Position numbers and translations under genes: made by a program. Positions 26,925-34,639 of a stretch of DNA of 63,510 nt are shown here, piece by piece; the stretch's first letter is position 1, and every line of letters starts with the position of its first letter. The notes below the pieces were generated by a model. It made no database searches, was not told where the DNA came from, and was given only the letters and a program-made list of their open reading frames with translations. This DNA is from a bacterium (GTDB taxonomy: Bacteria; Patescibacteriota; Minisyncoccia; Phycocordibacterales; UBA2100), in NCBI GenBank assembly GCA_030674455.1, contig JAUSGQ010000065.1, positions 1 through 63,510 of the forward strand, in the 5' to 3' direction.

Positions 26925-28433
26925 ATGAGCACAAACATCCTCTTCGCAATCATCCTCGGATTTCTTGCAGGAGTTTTCGCGCGCTCTTTTCTTTTGCTTG
27001 GATATTCTGTCGCCGGATTTGCGGCGCTCCTTGCCGCAGCTGCGTTCGTTTTCGCATATATCGATGAGGGGAAAAGAAAATCACTCATAATTATCGCAGT
27101 CGCGCTTATCTCGTTCGCGGGAGGAATCTCTAGGATGAATAGCGCGGTGCTTGTGGGCGACCCGATACTCACTTCACGCATTGATGAAAAAGTTACGATT
27201 GAAGGAGTAGTTGCCGAAGAGCCGGATGTGCGCGAAAGCAACATCCGCATTTCGCTCCATGCGGACAATCTTGTATTTGCCGGAACAACGACTCCAGTCA
27301 ACGCCGGAATTCTCGCTATCGCCCCTCTCAATACGGTCGTGAAGTACGGCGACCGCATCCGCGCAAAAGGAACGCTACGGCTTCCGCAAGCGTTTGAAAT
27401 CGGTGAAGGACGGCAATTTAATTATCCGGAATACCTCGCTAAAGATGGAATCGGATACGAACTTGCATTCGCCGAGGTCGAAAAGATTTCCGGCGGACAC
27501 GGAAACATAATTAAAGAATCGGCGATTTGGATTAAGCAGAAATTCTTGGAAGGCCTGGGACTAGCGCTTGTAGAGCCGCAGGCGGGTCTCGGAGGCGGCC
27601 TCACAGTGGGTGACAAGCGCGGACTGGGAAAAGATTTATCGGATACTTTTATTACCGTCGGGCTTATCCATGTTGTCGTCCTGTCCGGCTACAACATCAT
27701 GCTAGTCATGAACGGCGCTGCGAAAGTTTTCTCGCGTGCGCCGCGATTATTCAGACTGTTCCTCTCTGGATTCATCGCGATACTTTTTGCGCTCATGACG
27801 GGCGGCGCTTCCTCGTCGGTCCGCGCCGCCGCGATGGCGATGATAGGAGTTATCGGCCGAGCGACAGGTCGGTTATATCTCGCGACGCGCGTTCTTGGGA
27901 TCGTTGCCCTCGCCATGGTCATGTGGAATCCGTTTATCCTCGCGTTTGATTTGGGATTTCAGCTGTCGGTTCTCGCGACACTTGGTCTCATTTGGTTCAC
28001 GCCGATTTTCTCCGTTCGCTTACAATGGATTACCGAAAAGTTTGCTTTGCGCGAAATTGCCTCCTCAACGCTCGGCACACAGCTCGCTGTTCTTCCTCTG
28101 CTTCTGTATCAAAACGGCCAGCTTCCTCTTTTTTCGCTTCCGGCGAATTTGCTCGCGCTCATCGCCGTTCCTTCGGCAATGGCCGCTTCAACAATTGCAT
28201 CCATAGGCGGTCTTGTTGCGGACGCCCTACCTGCACTGAGCGGAGTCGAAGTGTTGATTGCATTCCCAGCATACCTTCTTCTCACCTACATTATTGAAGT
28301 CGCAAAATTCTTCGCGTCGCTCCCGTTCGCTTCTGTTGGAATAGGAGCATTCAGCGCGTGGTGGATGTTTCTTGCATACGCGGTGATGATTGGAGGACTT
28401 GCATTTATAAAAAAACGAACGGCAGGAGGATAA
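26925..28433 (+). CDS. comEC: ComEC/Rec2 DNA-uptake channel, N-terminal part (DUF4131 plus competence domain)
   Basis: Multi-TM protein with TVGLIHVVVLSGYNIMLV and GASSSVRAAAMA competence-domain motifs. It lacks the MBL domain. Confidence 0.85.
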   Translation: MSTNILFAIILGFLAGVFARSFLLLGYSVAGFAALLAAAAFVFAYIDEGKRKSLIIIAVALISFAGGISRMNSAVLVGDPILTSRIDEKVTIEGVVAEEPDVRESNIRISLHADNLVFAGTTTPVNAGILAIAPLNTVVKYGDRIRAKGTLRLPQAFEIGEGRQFNYPEYLAKDGIGYELAFAEVEKISGGHGNIIKESAIWIKQKFLEGLGLALVEPQAGLGGGLTVGDKRGLGKDLSDTFITVGLIHVVVLSGYNIMLVMNGAAKVFSRAPRLFRLFLSGFIAILFALMTGGASSSVRAAAMAMIGVIGRATGRLYLATRVLGIVALAMVMWNPFILAFDLGFQLSVLATLGLIWFTPIFSVRLQWITEKFALREIASSTLGTQLAVLPLLLYQNGQLPLFSLPANLLALIAVPSAMAASTIASIGGLVADALPALSGVEVLIAFPAYLLLTYIIEVAKFFASLPFASVGIGAFSAWWMFLAYAVMIGGLAFIKKRTAGG

Positions 28434-28476
28434 TTCCTACTCCCCCGTTTGCAACAGTAATTTCTTGTTTCAAAAA

Positions 28477-29070
28477 TTATTTCACGTCCGCAAATCGCTT
28501 CTCCATTACATCCCAATTCAAATTCTTGAAAAATGCGTCGATATATTTTCCTTTGCCTGCCGCTCCGTAATCAAGAATGAATGCGTGTTCCCACACATCA
28601 AGCGCCAAGATTATCGGAAGCGTGACGAAATGCCCCTGATGCTGTTCGCCGGTGAAGCCGGTGAGCAATTCTTTTGCCTCGGGGTCGTAATAGAGAATCG
28701 CCCAGCCGGGGCCGCGCATGCTGCCTATCATTTTCATGACCTTCTCGACGTCGAGCGGCTTATAGGTTTCCTCAAGCGCTTTTGCAAGAGGACCATTTAC
28801 ACTGAGCGGATTCGAAGTGCCTTCGAATTGTGTGAAGTAATGCTCGTGGAGCCGCATGCCGCCGAATTCAAATGAGCGGCGCCGCACGAGTTCCGAAATA
28901 GCATGCGCGTACTTCTCCGAGTCACTCATCGCAAGTTCTGCAATTTGTTTGGAAATTGCGTTAAAATTTTTCACATACCCTTCGTACAGACCGATGTGCT
29001 GTTTGACCGATTCGTCGGAAATCCCATCGAGCGATGGCAAGCTAAATTTCTTGGGTTCGTATATGTGCAT
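28477..29070 (-). CDS. Fe/Mn superoxide dismutase
   Basis: The LPSLDG...HIGLYEGYV N-domain, EHYFTQF, and LALDVWEHAFILDY metal-ligand motif. The ATG at 29070 is preferred over 29121. Confidence 0.9.
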   Translation of the reverse strand: MHIYEPKKFSLPSLDGISDESVKQHIGLYEGYVKNFNAISKQIAELAMSDSEKYAHAISELVRRRSFEFGGMRLHEHYFTQFEGTSNPLSVNGPLAKALEETYKPLDVEKVMKMIGSMRGPGWAILYYDPEAKELLTGFTGEQHQGHFVTLPIILALDVWEHAFILDYGAAGKGKYIDAFFKNLNWDVMEKRFADVK

Positions 29071-29078
29071 ATTAAGGC

Positions 29079-29106
29079 AGGTTATAGGGAATAGGTTATA
29101 GGTGTT
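29079..29106. repeat. AGGTTNN heptad array (near-identical copy at 47963-47990)
   Basis: AGGTTAT AGGGAAT AGGTTAT AGGTGTT, immediately upstream of sod. Confidence 0.85.
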
Positions 29107-29185
29107 AGTAAATTCTCGCATTTCAATTGTAACATCGCTTCATGAAGTTCCTATGACGTCGCCCGAATAGCCAAATATTAGGTGT

Positions 29186-29219
29186 CATCGTAGGAAATGC
29201 GGCCGCATTTCCTACGATG
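29186..29219. repeat. 34-nt perfect palindrome with AAATGCGGCCGCATTT core
   Basis: CATCGTAGGAAATGCGG/CCGCATTTCCTACGATG. The same core occurs in the 48773-48814 palindrome. Confidence 0.85.
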
Positions 29220-29232
29220 ATATGCGTAATTT

Positions 29233-29253
29233 CATTGAGATGACATCTCAATG
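29233..29253. repeat. palindrome CATTGAGATG a CATCTCAATG
   Basis: Same core as at 24088-24122. Confidence 0.8.
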
Positions 29254-29289
29254 TATTGCGTTTTGGTCTTTACGTCTTACATTTGCAGC

Positions 29290-30144
29290 ATGCGCCAGAG
29301 CGTGAAAATCACGGGGTACGCGATTCTAACTCTCTTGTTCCTCACCGCTTGCATTTGGTATGCCGTAATCCGAGAATCTCGCGGTGGCCTCCTCGAAGTT
29401 TCTTTCTTAGATGTAGGCCAGGGAGATTCAATATTTATCGATGCGCCAAGCGGAAGACAAGTACTTATTGACGGCGGAGCGAGCGGAGCAGTATTGCGTG
29501 AGCTTTCAAAAGTAATTCCATGGTACGACCGGACAATCGACGTTGTAATCCCGACACATCCTGATTCCGACCACATTGGCGGACTCGTTGATGTCCTTCA
29601 GCGATACAAAATAGGAACTATTGTTCACTCGGATGTGGAAGGGGATACCGCGACCGCGAAAGCGCTTGAAGATGAAATAGCACGAGAGGGAGCGAAGCAG
29701 ATAATCGCGCGGCGCGGACAAATAATAGATTTTGGAAGAGGCGCATACATTGAGATACTTTTTCCCGACAGAAGCGTTACTAATGTAGACACGAATACCG
29801 GATGCGTTGTTGCACGCCTCGTCTACGGAAAAACATCATTCATGTTCTCGTGCGATGCGCCGAAAGGAATAGAAAATTATCTGGTGAGTTTAGACGGCGC
29901 TAATTTGCAATCGAATGTATTGAAAGCAGGACATCATGGTTCCAAAAATTCTTCGTCCGAACTCTTTGTCGGATTTGTAAATCCAACCTACGGAATTTTC
30001 TCGCGCGGATGCAAGAACAAATACGGCCATCCCGCGCCGGAAGTCGTTGCGCTCTTTGAGCGCTTCGGAATTCCGACGCTGGACACATGCAAAGACGGCA
30101 CAATTACCTTCATGTCGGATGGATTAACCGTCAAGGAGATTTAA
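29290..30144 (+). CDS. stand-alone ComEC-type metallo-beta-lactamase domain protein with N-terminal TM helix
   Basis: LDVGQGDSIFIDAP, HPDSDHIGG and AGHHGSKNSS. Confidence 0.85.
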   Translation: MRQSVKITGYAILTLLFLTACIWYAVIRESRGGLLEVSFLDVGQGDSIFIDAPSGRQVLIDGGASGAVLRELSKVIPWYDRTIDVVIPTHPDSDHIGGLVDVLQRYKIGTIVHSDVEGDTATAKALEDEIAREGAKQIIARRGQIIDFGRGAYIEILFPDRSVTNVDTNTGCVVARLVYGKTSFMFSCDAPKGIENYLVSLDGANLQSNVLKAGHHGSKNSSSELFVGFVNPTYGIFSRGCKNKYGHPAPEVVALFERFGIPTLDTCKDGTITFMSDGLTVKEI

Positions 30145-30147
30145 ATA

Positions 30148-30193
30148 AAAAAGTTACCATTAATGCACATATGTGCATTAATGGTAACTTTTT
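30148..30193. terminator. 46-nt perfect palindrome with A5/T5 ends (bidirectional terminator)
   Basis: AAAAAGTTACCATTAATGCACAT/ATGTGCATTAATGGTAACTTTTT, between convergent genes. Confidence 0.75.
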
Positions 30194-30214
30194 CTAACGA
30201 CCAATTTAAGTAGT

Positions 30215-30457
30215 CTAAATTAGCTCGGCCTTTTTCAAGGTCAGATGCGCACCTCGTTTTTTCATTGTTTTTAGGCCCTTTGCGGAAACCATAATCGTCA
30301 TTTTCTTGCCTAGTTCGGGAATGAAAAAAGTCTTCTTCTGAAGGTTGACGTGGCGGCGGCGTTTTCCTGTAGGGTTGAACTTGGTCGCGCGGACGCGATT
30401 AGAATACCCTCCGCCTACGATACCGGTTTTACCAGTGATGTCACATTTTCTTCCCAT
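30215..30457 (-). CDS. rpmB: 50S ribosomal protein L28
   Basis: MGRKCDITGKTGIVGGGYSNRVRATK...VSAKGLKTMKKRG. ATG at 30457. Confidence 0.85.
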   Translation of the reverse strand: MGRKCDITGKTGIVGGGYSNRVRATKFNPTGKRRRHVNLQKKTFFIPELGKKMTIMVSAKGLKTMKKRGAHLTLKKAELI

Positions 30458-30589
30458 ATGAGCGCGCATACTATCGTGTACAAGGTGAAAAGTCAAAAAA
30501 ACGCTGCTTTCTGATATACCCAATGAGATAACCACATTAAATATTCCCAACACGTTTAACTTTGCTATCTCACGGGGTATACTCCTTCC

Positions 30590-31216
30590 ATGGAAATTTT
30601 AGACGCAGTTTTTCTTGTCGCCATAATAATGTTCTCGGCCGTTATACATGAGTTGATGCACGGGGTAGCGGCGAATAAGCTAGGCGACCCGACGGCGCGG
30701 CTCATGGGACGATTGACTCTAAATCCAATTGTGCATCTGGACATGTTCGGCTCCATTCTCCTGCCTATCGTACTTACACTCACAAATTCGCCGATACTCT
30801 TCGGTTGGGCGAAACCAATTCCATACAATCCATACAATTTGCGCCCCGGCCGTTTCAGCGAGGCAATCGTTGCAGCTGCCGGTCCGGTTTCAAATCTTGT
30901 AATTGCACTTGTAGGCGGAGTAATCATTCGCACGGGAACTCTTGCAGCAGGACAGAACGACGTCGTGTTCCTTATCGTTGTCGTCAATGTCATGCTGTTT
31001 CTTTTCAATCTCATGCCAATTCCGCCACTGGATGGTTCAAAAGTTCTTTCGGCTCTTTTGCCCCGCTCGCTGGCTATCGGGTACGACCAGTGGAGGAACC
31101 GAATGGAAAGCAACCCTTTTATGGGAATGGGAATCGTTCTGGTCATCATTCTGCTGTTGGGCGGCGCGTTCGGCAATCTCGTCTATTCGCTGGCGCATCT
31201 GGTTGCGGGGATATAA
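30590..31216 (+). CDS. site-2 protease family (peptidase M50) membrane metalloprotease
   Basis: HELMHG zinc motif, multiple TM helices, and NLMPIPPLDGSK. Confidence 0.85.
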   Translation: MEILDAVFLVAIIMFSAVIHELMHGVAANKLGDPTARLMGRLTLNPIVHLDMFGSILLPIVLTLTNSPILFGWAKPIPYNPYNLRPGRFSEAIVAAAGPVSNLVIALVGGVIIRTGTLAAGQNDVVFLIVVVNVMLFLFNLMPIPPLDGSKVLSALLPRSLAIGYDQWRNRMESNPFMGMGIVLVIILLLGGAFGNLVYSLAHLVAGI

Positions 31217-31245
31217 TTTTTGTTCAATTGATACCAACTACGAGT

Positions 31246-31791
31246 ATGGCAAGTAATGAAGGAATGAGCCCGGGTCGTAGGAAATTTCTTATTGGTACTG
31301 CCGCGGCTTTGGGAACAGCCGCAGTGGGCGGGGCATTTTTTGTAAAAGGCAAAAAGGAGCCAACGGAGGAGGAGAAATTCTTTGATGCAGTTCCTGATTC
31401 AAAGGATATCAGGAAAACTCCGGAACAAATACAAGACTTTCTGACAATGGCCCGATCAAAACAGAATTCCAAAGCCGGTTTGCAGGTTAAGCCGCACATA
31501 TGGATGGATTTCAATTCTCAGATATTTATCAATCAGTACCGTGAGCAAATACGATTTGACCCTGATAAAGGCAAATTAAACATAAGCTTAAATAACGGTG
31601 TCGGAATTGAACCGCTAGAATTGCAGCAAGATAAAGTAGAAGCGGTTTCGTGTTTTATGTCAGATGGTAATACGGTCCGTTTTTATATCGTGGACAAGGA
31701 TGGAAAGGGCGGAGAGCGCATAACGGTAAGAGTCACACGAGATGGCACCGGACTTGCAAGAGATCTATTTCGTGAGGATGTTGCCGAATAG
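31246..31791 (+). CDS. hypothetical exported protein with twin-arginine-like signal
   Basis: MASNEGMSPGRRKFLIGTAAALGTAAVGGAFF. The upstream part of track ORF 30805.. overlaps the M50 gene and was discarded. Confidence 0.55.
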   Translation: MASNEGMSPGRRKFLIGTAAALGTAAVGGAFFVKGKKEPTEEEKFFDAVPDSKDIRKTPEQIQDFLTMARSKQNSKAGLQVKPHIWMDFNSQIFINQYREQIRFDPDKGKLNISLNNGVGIEPLELQQDKVEAVSCFMSDGNTVRFYIVDKDGKGGERITVRVTRDGTGLARDLFREDVAE

Positions 31792-31854
31792 ATTGCATCT
31801 TGGGGCGATTCATAGTACATTTCCCCTGCGCGCAGGGCGCGCATTTCATTTCTA

Positions 31855-32271
31855 ATGTCTACAATCAATCAACTAACGCGCAAGGGGCGCAAACAGAAGA
31901 CGTGGCGAACGAAGACCATCGCTCTTTCGCGCGGTTTTAATACCATCGAAAATCGCCCCAGCTACTTTAATGCACCATTCAAGCGCGGCGTTTGCACGCG
32001 CGTGACGACGAAGACGCCTCGTAAGCCGAACTCTGCAATCCGAAAGATTGCCCGTGTTCGCCTCACCAACGGCATGGAAATCACCGCATATATTCCGGGC
32101 GAAGGCCACGCTTTGCAGGAACACTCTGTCGTCCTAGTGCGCGGCGGGCGTGTGAAAGACATCGGTTTGCGCTACACGATTGTGCGCGGAAAGCTTGATG
32201 CGACAGGCGTTGATGCGCGCCGCCGAGGCCGTTCCCGATATGGAGCGAAACTGCCCAAAGTTAAGAAATAA
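31855..32271 (+). CDS. rpsL: 30S ribosomal protein S12
   Basis: PTINQL-type N-terminus, [19 protein letters not shown] and [13 protein letters not shown]. Confidence 0.97.
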   Translation: MSTINQLTRKGRKQKTWRTKTIALSRGFNTIENRPSYFNAPFKRGVCTRVTTKTPRKPNSAIRKIARVRLTNGMEITAYIPGEGHALQEHSVVLVRGGRVKDIGLRYTIVRGKLDATGVDARRRGRSRYGAKLPKVKK

Positions 32272-32287
32272 AAACCAAATTCTAATT

Positions 32288-32360
32288 TGCAATTCGCAAA
32301 TGAAATACCAATTATCAAAATCACATATTTTTTGCAAATTGAAACTTGCAAACTGCAAAT
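32288..32360. repeat. TGCAA-core heptad words in the rpsL-rpsG spacer (inverted arrangement)
   Basis: (T/C)GCAA cores at 32288 and 32295, then at 32333, 32347 and 32354. Spacings within each group are multiples of 7. Confidence 0.75.
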
Positions 32361-32369
32361 TCTGAATCT

Positions 32370-32831
32370 ATGAGAAGGCCTACAAAAAGAAAGAATATTG
32401 TTGCGCCCGATTCCGTTTACGGCTCCTTCAAGGTTGCCAAGCTCATTAACTACGTAATGGAATGCGGTAAGAAAGACACGGCTCGCAAAATCGTTTACAA
32501 GGTCATGGAGGAACTCAAGAAAGACGGCGACCCCGTTACAATTCTGGAAGAGGCACTCGAAAAGGCAAGCCCGTCAGTTGAGGTGCGCTCGCGCCGCGTG
32601 GGAGGCGCAAACTATCAGGTGCCGCGCGAAGTACGCCCCGAACGCCGACTCGCTCTCGGCATGCGCTGGATGGTGGAGGCAGCCGAAGGAACGAAAGGAA
32701 AGCCGATGGCCGTGAGCTTGCTGAACGAAATCCGCTCCGCGCACAAAGGAGAGGGTGCAGCCGTCACAAAAAAGGAAACAACGCACAGAATGGCCGAAGC
32801 CAACAAGGCCTTCGCGCACTTCACCTGGTAA
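32370..32831 (+). CDS. rpsG: 30S ribosomal protein S7
   Basis: VEVRSRRVGGANYQVPREVRPERR and KKETTHRMAEANKAFAHF. Confidence 0.95.
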   Translation: MRRPTKRKNIVAPDSVYGSFKVAKLINYVMECGKKDTARKIVYKVMEELKKDGDPVTILEEALEKASPSVEVRSRRVGGANYQVPREVRPERRLALGMRWMVEAAEGTKGKPMAVSLLNEIRSAHKGEGAAVTKKETTHRMAEANKAFAHFTW

Positions 32832-32853
32832 CAGGATTTGCAGGAATTTTCTC

Positions 32854-32895
32854 GAATCATCTTCAAATGTCCGGCCGGACATTTGAAGATGATTC
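32854..32895. promoter_or_regulatory. 42-nt perfect palindrome with ATGTCCGGCCGGACAT core
   Basis: GAATCATCTTCAAATGTCCGG/CCGGACATTTGAAGATGATTC, between the rpsG stop and the stop of the minus-strand regulator. Confidence 0.85.
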
Positions 32896-32915
32896 GACTG
32901 ATGCCGTCCTCACTT

Positions 32916-33470
32916 CTAAAGTCGAAACAATTTGCGCAATCGTTCCTCTCCCTCAATGTGGTCCAGAACTCCGTACAAGACGTAACGAGACAGTTGCGAT
33001 TCCGCCTTTATTAACTGGATGAGCTCATTGCATTCGTGTGGAAATATCCAAACGCTTTGCTGAAGCTTTACAAAACCCGCCCGCTTCAGGATGTCACGTA
33101 TCTTACGTCGTAACGGGGCATATATCTCAGGAATGTCGAAAATCGCTACACGCCATTTATGGTCCCATTTCTGGGTTTTAAGAAGACCAAATGTCTTTGA
33201 GACTGTCTCCCCGAGTGCGGTCCGACCGTTGTCTGTAATTGAGAGACGTGCTCCCGCAGAGTTAATGTAATTGAGTTCAATCAAACGATCGAGCGCGCGT
33301 TTTCGTCTATGCCGATATGCCGCACGTTCATGCGCGAGTTTATAGAAACGCCTTGTTGACCGAGCAGAAAGCAAGAAGCCGTAGAGAATATCTCCAAGAG
33401 ATAGTTCGGAAAGTATTTCGCGCTCTATTGCACCGAGCCCGTGCGTTTTGTGTTTTCCTGAGCGACGCAT
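32916..33470 (-). CDS. wHTH regulator with PaaX-C/Cas2-fold-like domain (paralogue of 21411..21977)
   Basis: KWRVAIFDIPEIYAPLRRKIRDILKRAGFVKLQQSVWIFPHE. The ATG at 33470 is preferred, because the track start lies inside the upstream palindrome. Confidence 0.7.
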   Translation of the reverse strand: MRRSGKHKTHGLGAIEREILSELSLGDILYGFLLSARSTRRFYKLAHERAAYRHRRKRALDRLIELNYINSAGARLSITDNGRTALGETVSKTFGLLKTQKWDHKWRVAIFDIPEIYAPLRRKIRDILKRAGFVKLQQSVWIFPHECNELIQLIKAESQLSRYVLYGVLDHIEGEERLRKLFRL

Positions 33471-33517
33471 GATGTCATCATGACATGTCCGGCCGGACAA
33501 TCAATGATGACATGTGG
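33470..33517. promoter_or_regulatory. imperfect palindrome with the same ATGTCCGGCCGGACA core
   Basis: GATGTCATCATGACATGTCCGG/CCGGACAATCAATGATGACATG. Confidence 0.7.
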
Positions 33518-33565
33518 ATGGGGGATATGTCTCGCGCGTCGCGTGATATTATTGCAAAATAGCTT

Positions 33566-34336
33566 ATGGCTTACGCGGTTCTGGAGAAGACGCTCGATTA
33601 TTTTTTGCACCCGAAGAACTCGTGGCTGTACGGACATGATGTGCAACGGGCGATGACTGCTTTTTCCGGCTCGCCCGACCCTTTACCAGTGCATGGATTG
33701 GATTTCTTTATCGATTGGTTCGCCTTTGATTTTCAATTTCGGCCGGATAAGAATCTTTTGAGGTACGCAGGCGAATCAAACCCCATGCAATTCGGCGATG
33801 ATGAGCTCGCGGCTCTTCGAGAAATTGCCGAGAACAATCGCTACGATTTCTTTGAAGCCATTTCCTTCGGCAAAAAAATTCCTACCGAACTCAAATCAGT
33901 TCGCGACGGAAATTCGTATGTACTTTCCACGGAGAATAGGATACGGAAGGTTCGGGTCGGAGAAGTAGTCGTGTGCCGCATCGGGCGGGTAGGCGACGCG
34001 TGGCATCTCATGATGGATCAGGGAGTCGGTATGTATCGGCCGGGTGCGCGCGATAGGCGGCACATGCGCAAGGATTTTCCCGTATTCAATTCGCAGGTCG
34101 TATGGCGGGAAATCGTTTCTGCCAACGCTGTTCTTCTCGATGCTGAAGCAATGCCCGACGGAGAGATGCTTGTTTCGGGCTTTGCTCCTGGAAATTCTCA
34201 TCAAGAAGACGACGATTGCCCGATTTGCCGGGCGATGAGAAAAGCGAAAGCAGAAAAGCGCAAACTCACGCACCAGGAACTGACGGATGCTTTCGCCGAG
34301 GCGAATAAAGAAAAAGACAAGAAAAGCAAAAACTAA
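33566..34336 (+). CDS. hypothetical protein with C-terminal CPICR / Lys-rich tail
   Basis: ATG start and a 256-aa ORF with coding-like composition. No family recognised. Confidence 0.5.
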   Translation: MAYAVLEKTLDYFLHPKNSWLYGHDVQRAMTAFSGSPDPLPVHGLDFFIDWFAFDFQFRPDKNLLRYAGESNPMQFGDDELAALREIAENNRYDFFEAISFGKKIPTELKSVRDGNSYVLSTENRIRKVRVGEVVVCRIGRVGDAWHLMMDQGVGMYRPGARDRRHMRKDFPVFNSQVVWREIVSANAVLLDAEAMPDGEMLVSGFAPGNSHQEDDDCPICRAMRKAKAEKRKLTHQELTDAFAEANKEKDKKSKN

Positions 34337-34370
34337 ATCCGCCACACCTCTAAGATTATGCTCGAGGAAT

Positions 34371-34416
34371 GCATATGACTCTAGCTTACCCGGCCGGGTA
34401 AGCTAGAGTCATATGC
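34371..34416. terminator. 46-nt perfect palindrome with CCCGGCCGGG centre
   Basis: GCATATGACTCTAGCTTACCCGG/CCGGGTAAGCTAGAGTCATATGC. Confidence 0.7.
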
Positions 34417-34531
34417 CGATGGACAAGCCGTGGCCCATGGGCTCGGTTTCAATCGATGTCCTCGTCTCTTCACTTTTTATAAATTTGCGGTATTATCCCT
34501 GCACGCCTCGGGCGTTTTTTATTTAACTACT

Positions 34532-34639
34532 ATGGCAAGAGACTACCCATTGGAGAAAGTCCGTAACTTCGGAACCCCGATACCGCAGCGCTACGCGCTG
34601 GCTACGGGGCAGGTCATCGCCCACAATTACACAATATGA
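34532..34639 (+). pseudogene. relic fusA 5' end, readable as a 35-codon uORF whose TGA overlaps the fusA ATG
   Basis: MARDYPLEKVRNFG + 13 inserted codons + VIAH..., compared with intact MSRDYPLEKVRNFGIIAH. ATGA overlap at 34636-34639. Confidence 0.55.

Noticed and set aside
30805-31245. Upstream 147 codons of track ORF 30805..31791
   Set aside because: This part overlaps the M50 protease gene in another frame. The Cys/Arg-rich translation looks non-protein-like. A Tat-like signal begins at the internal ATG at 31246.
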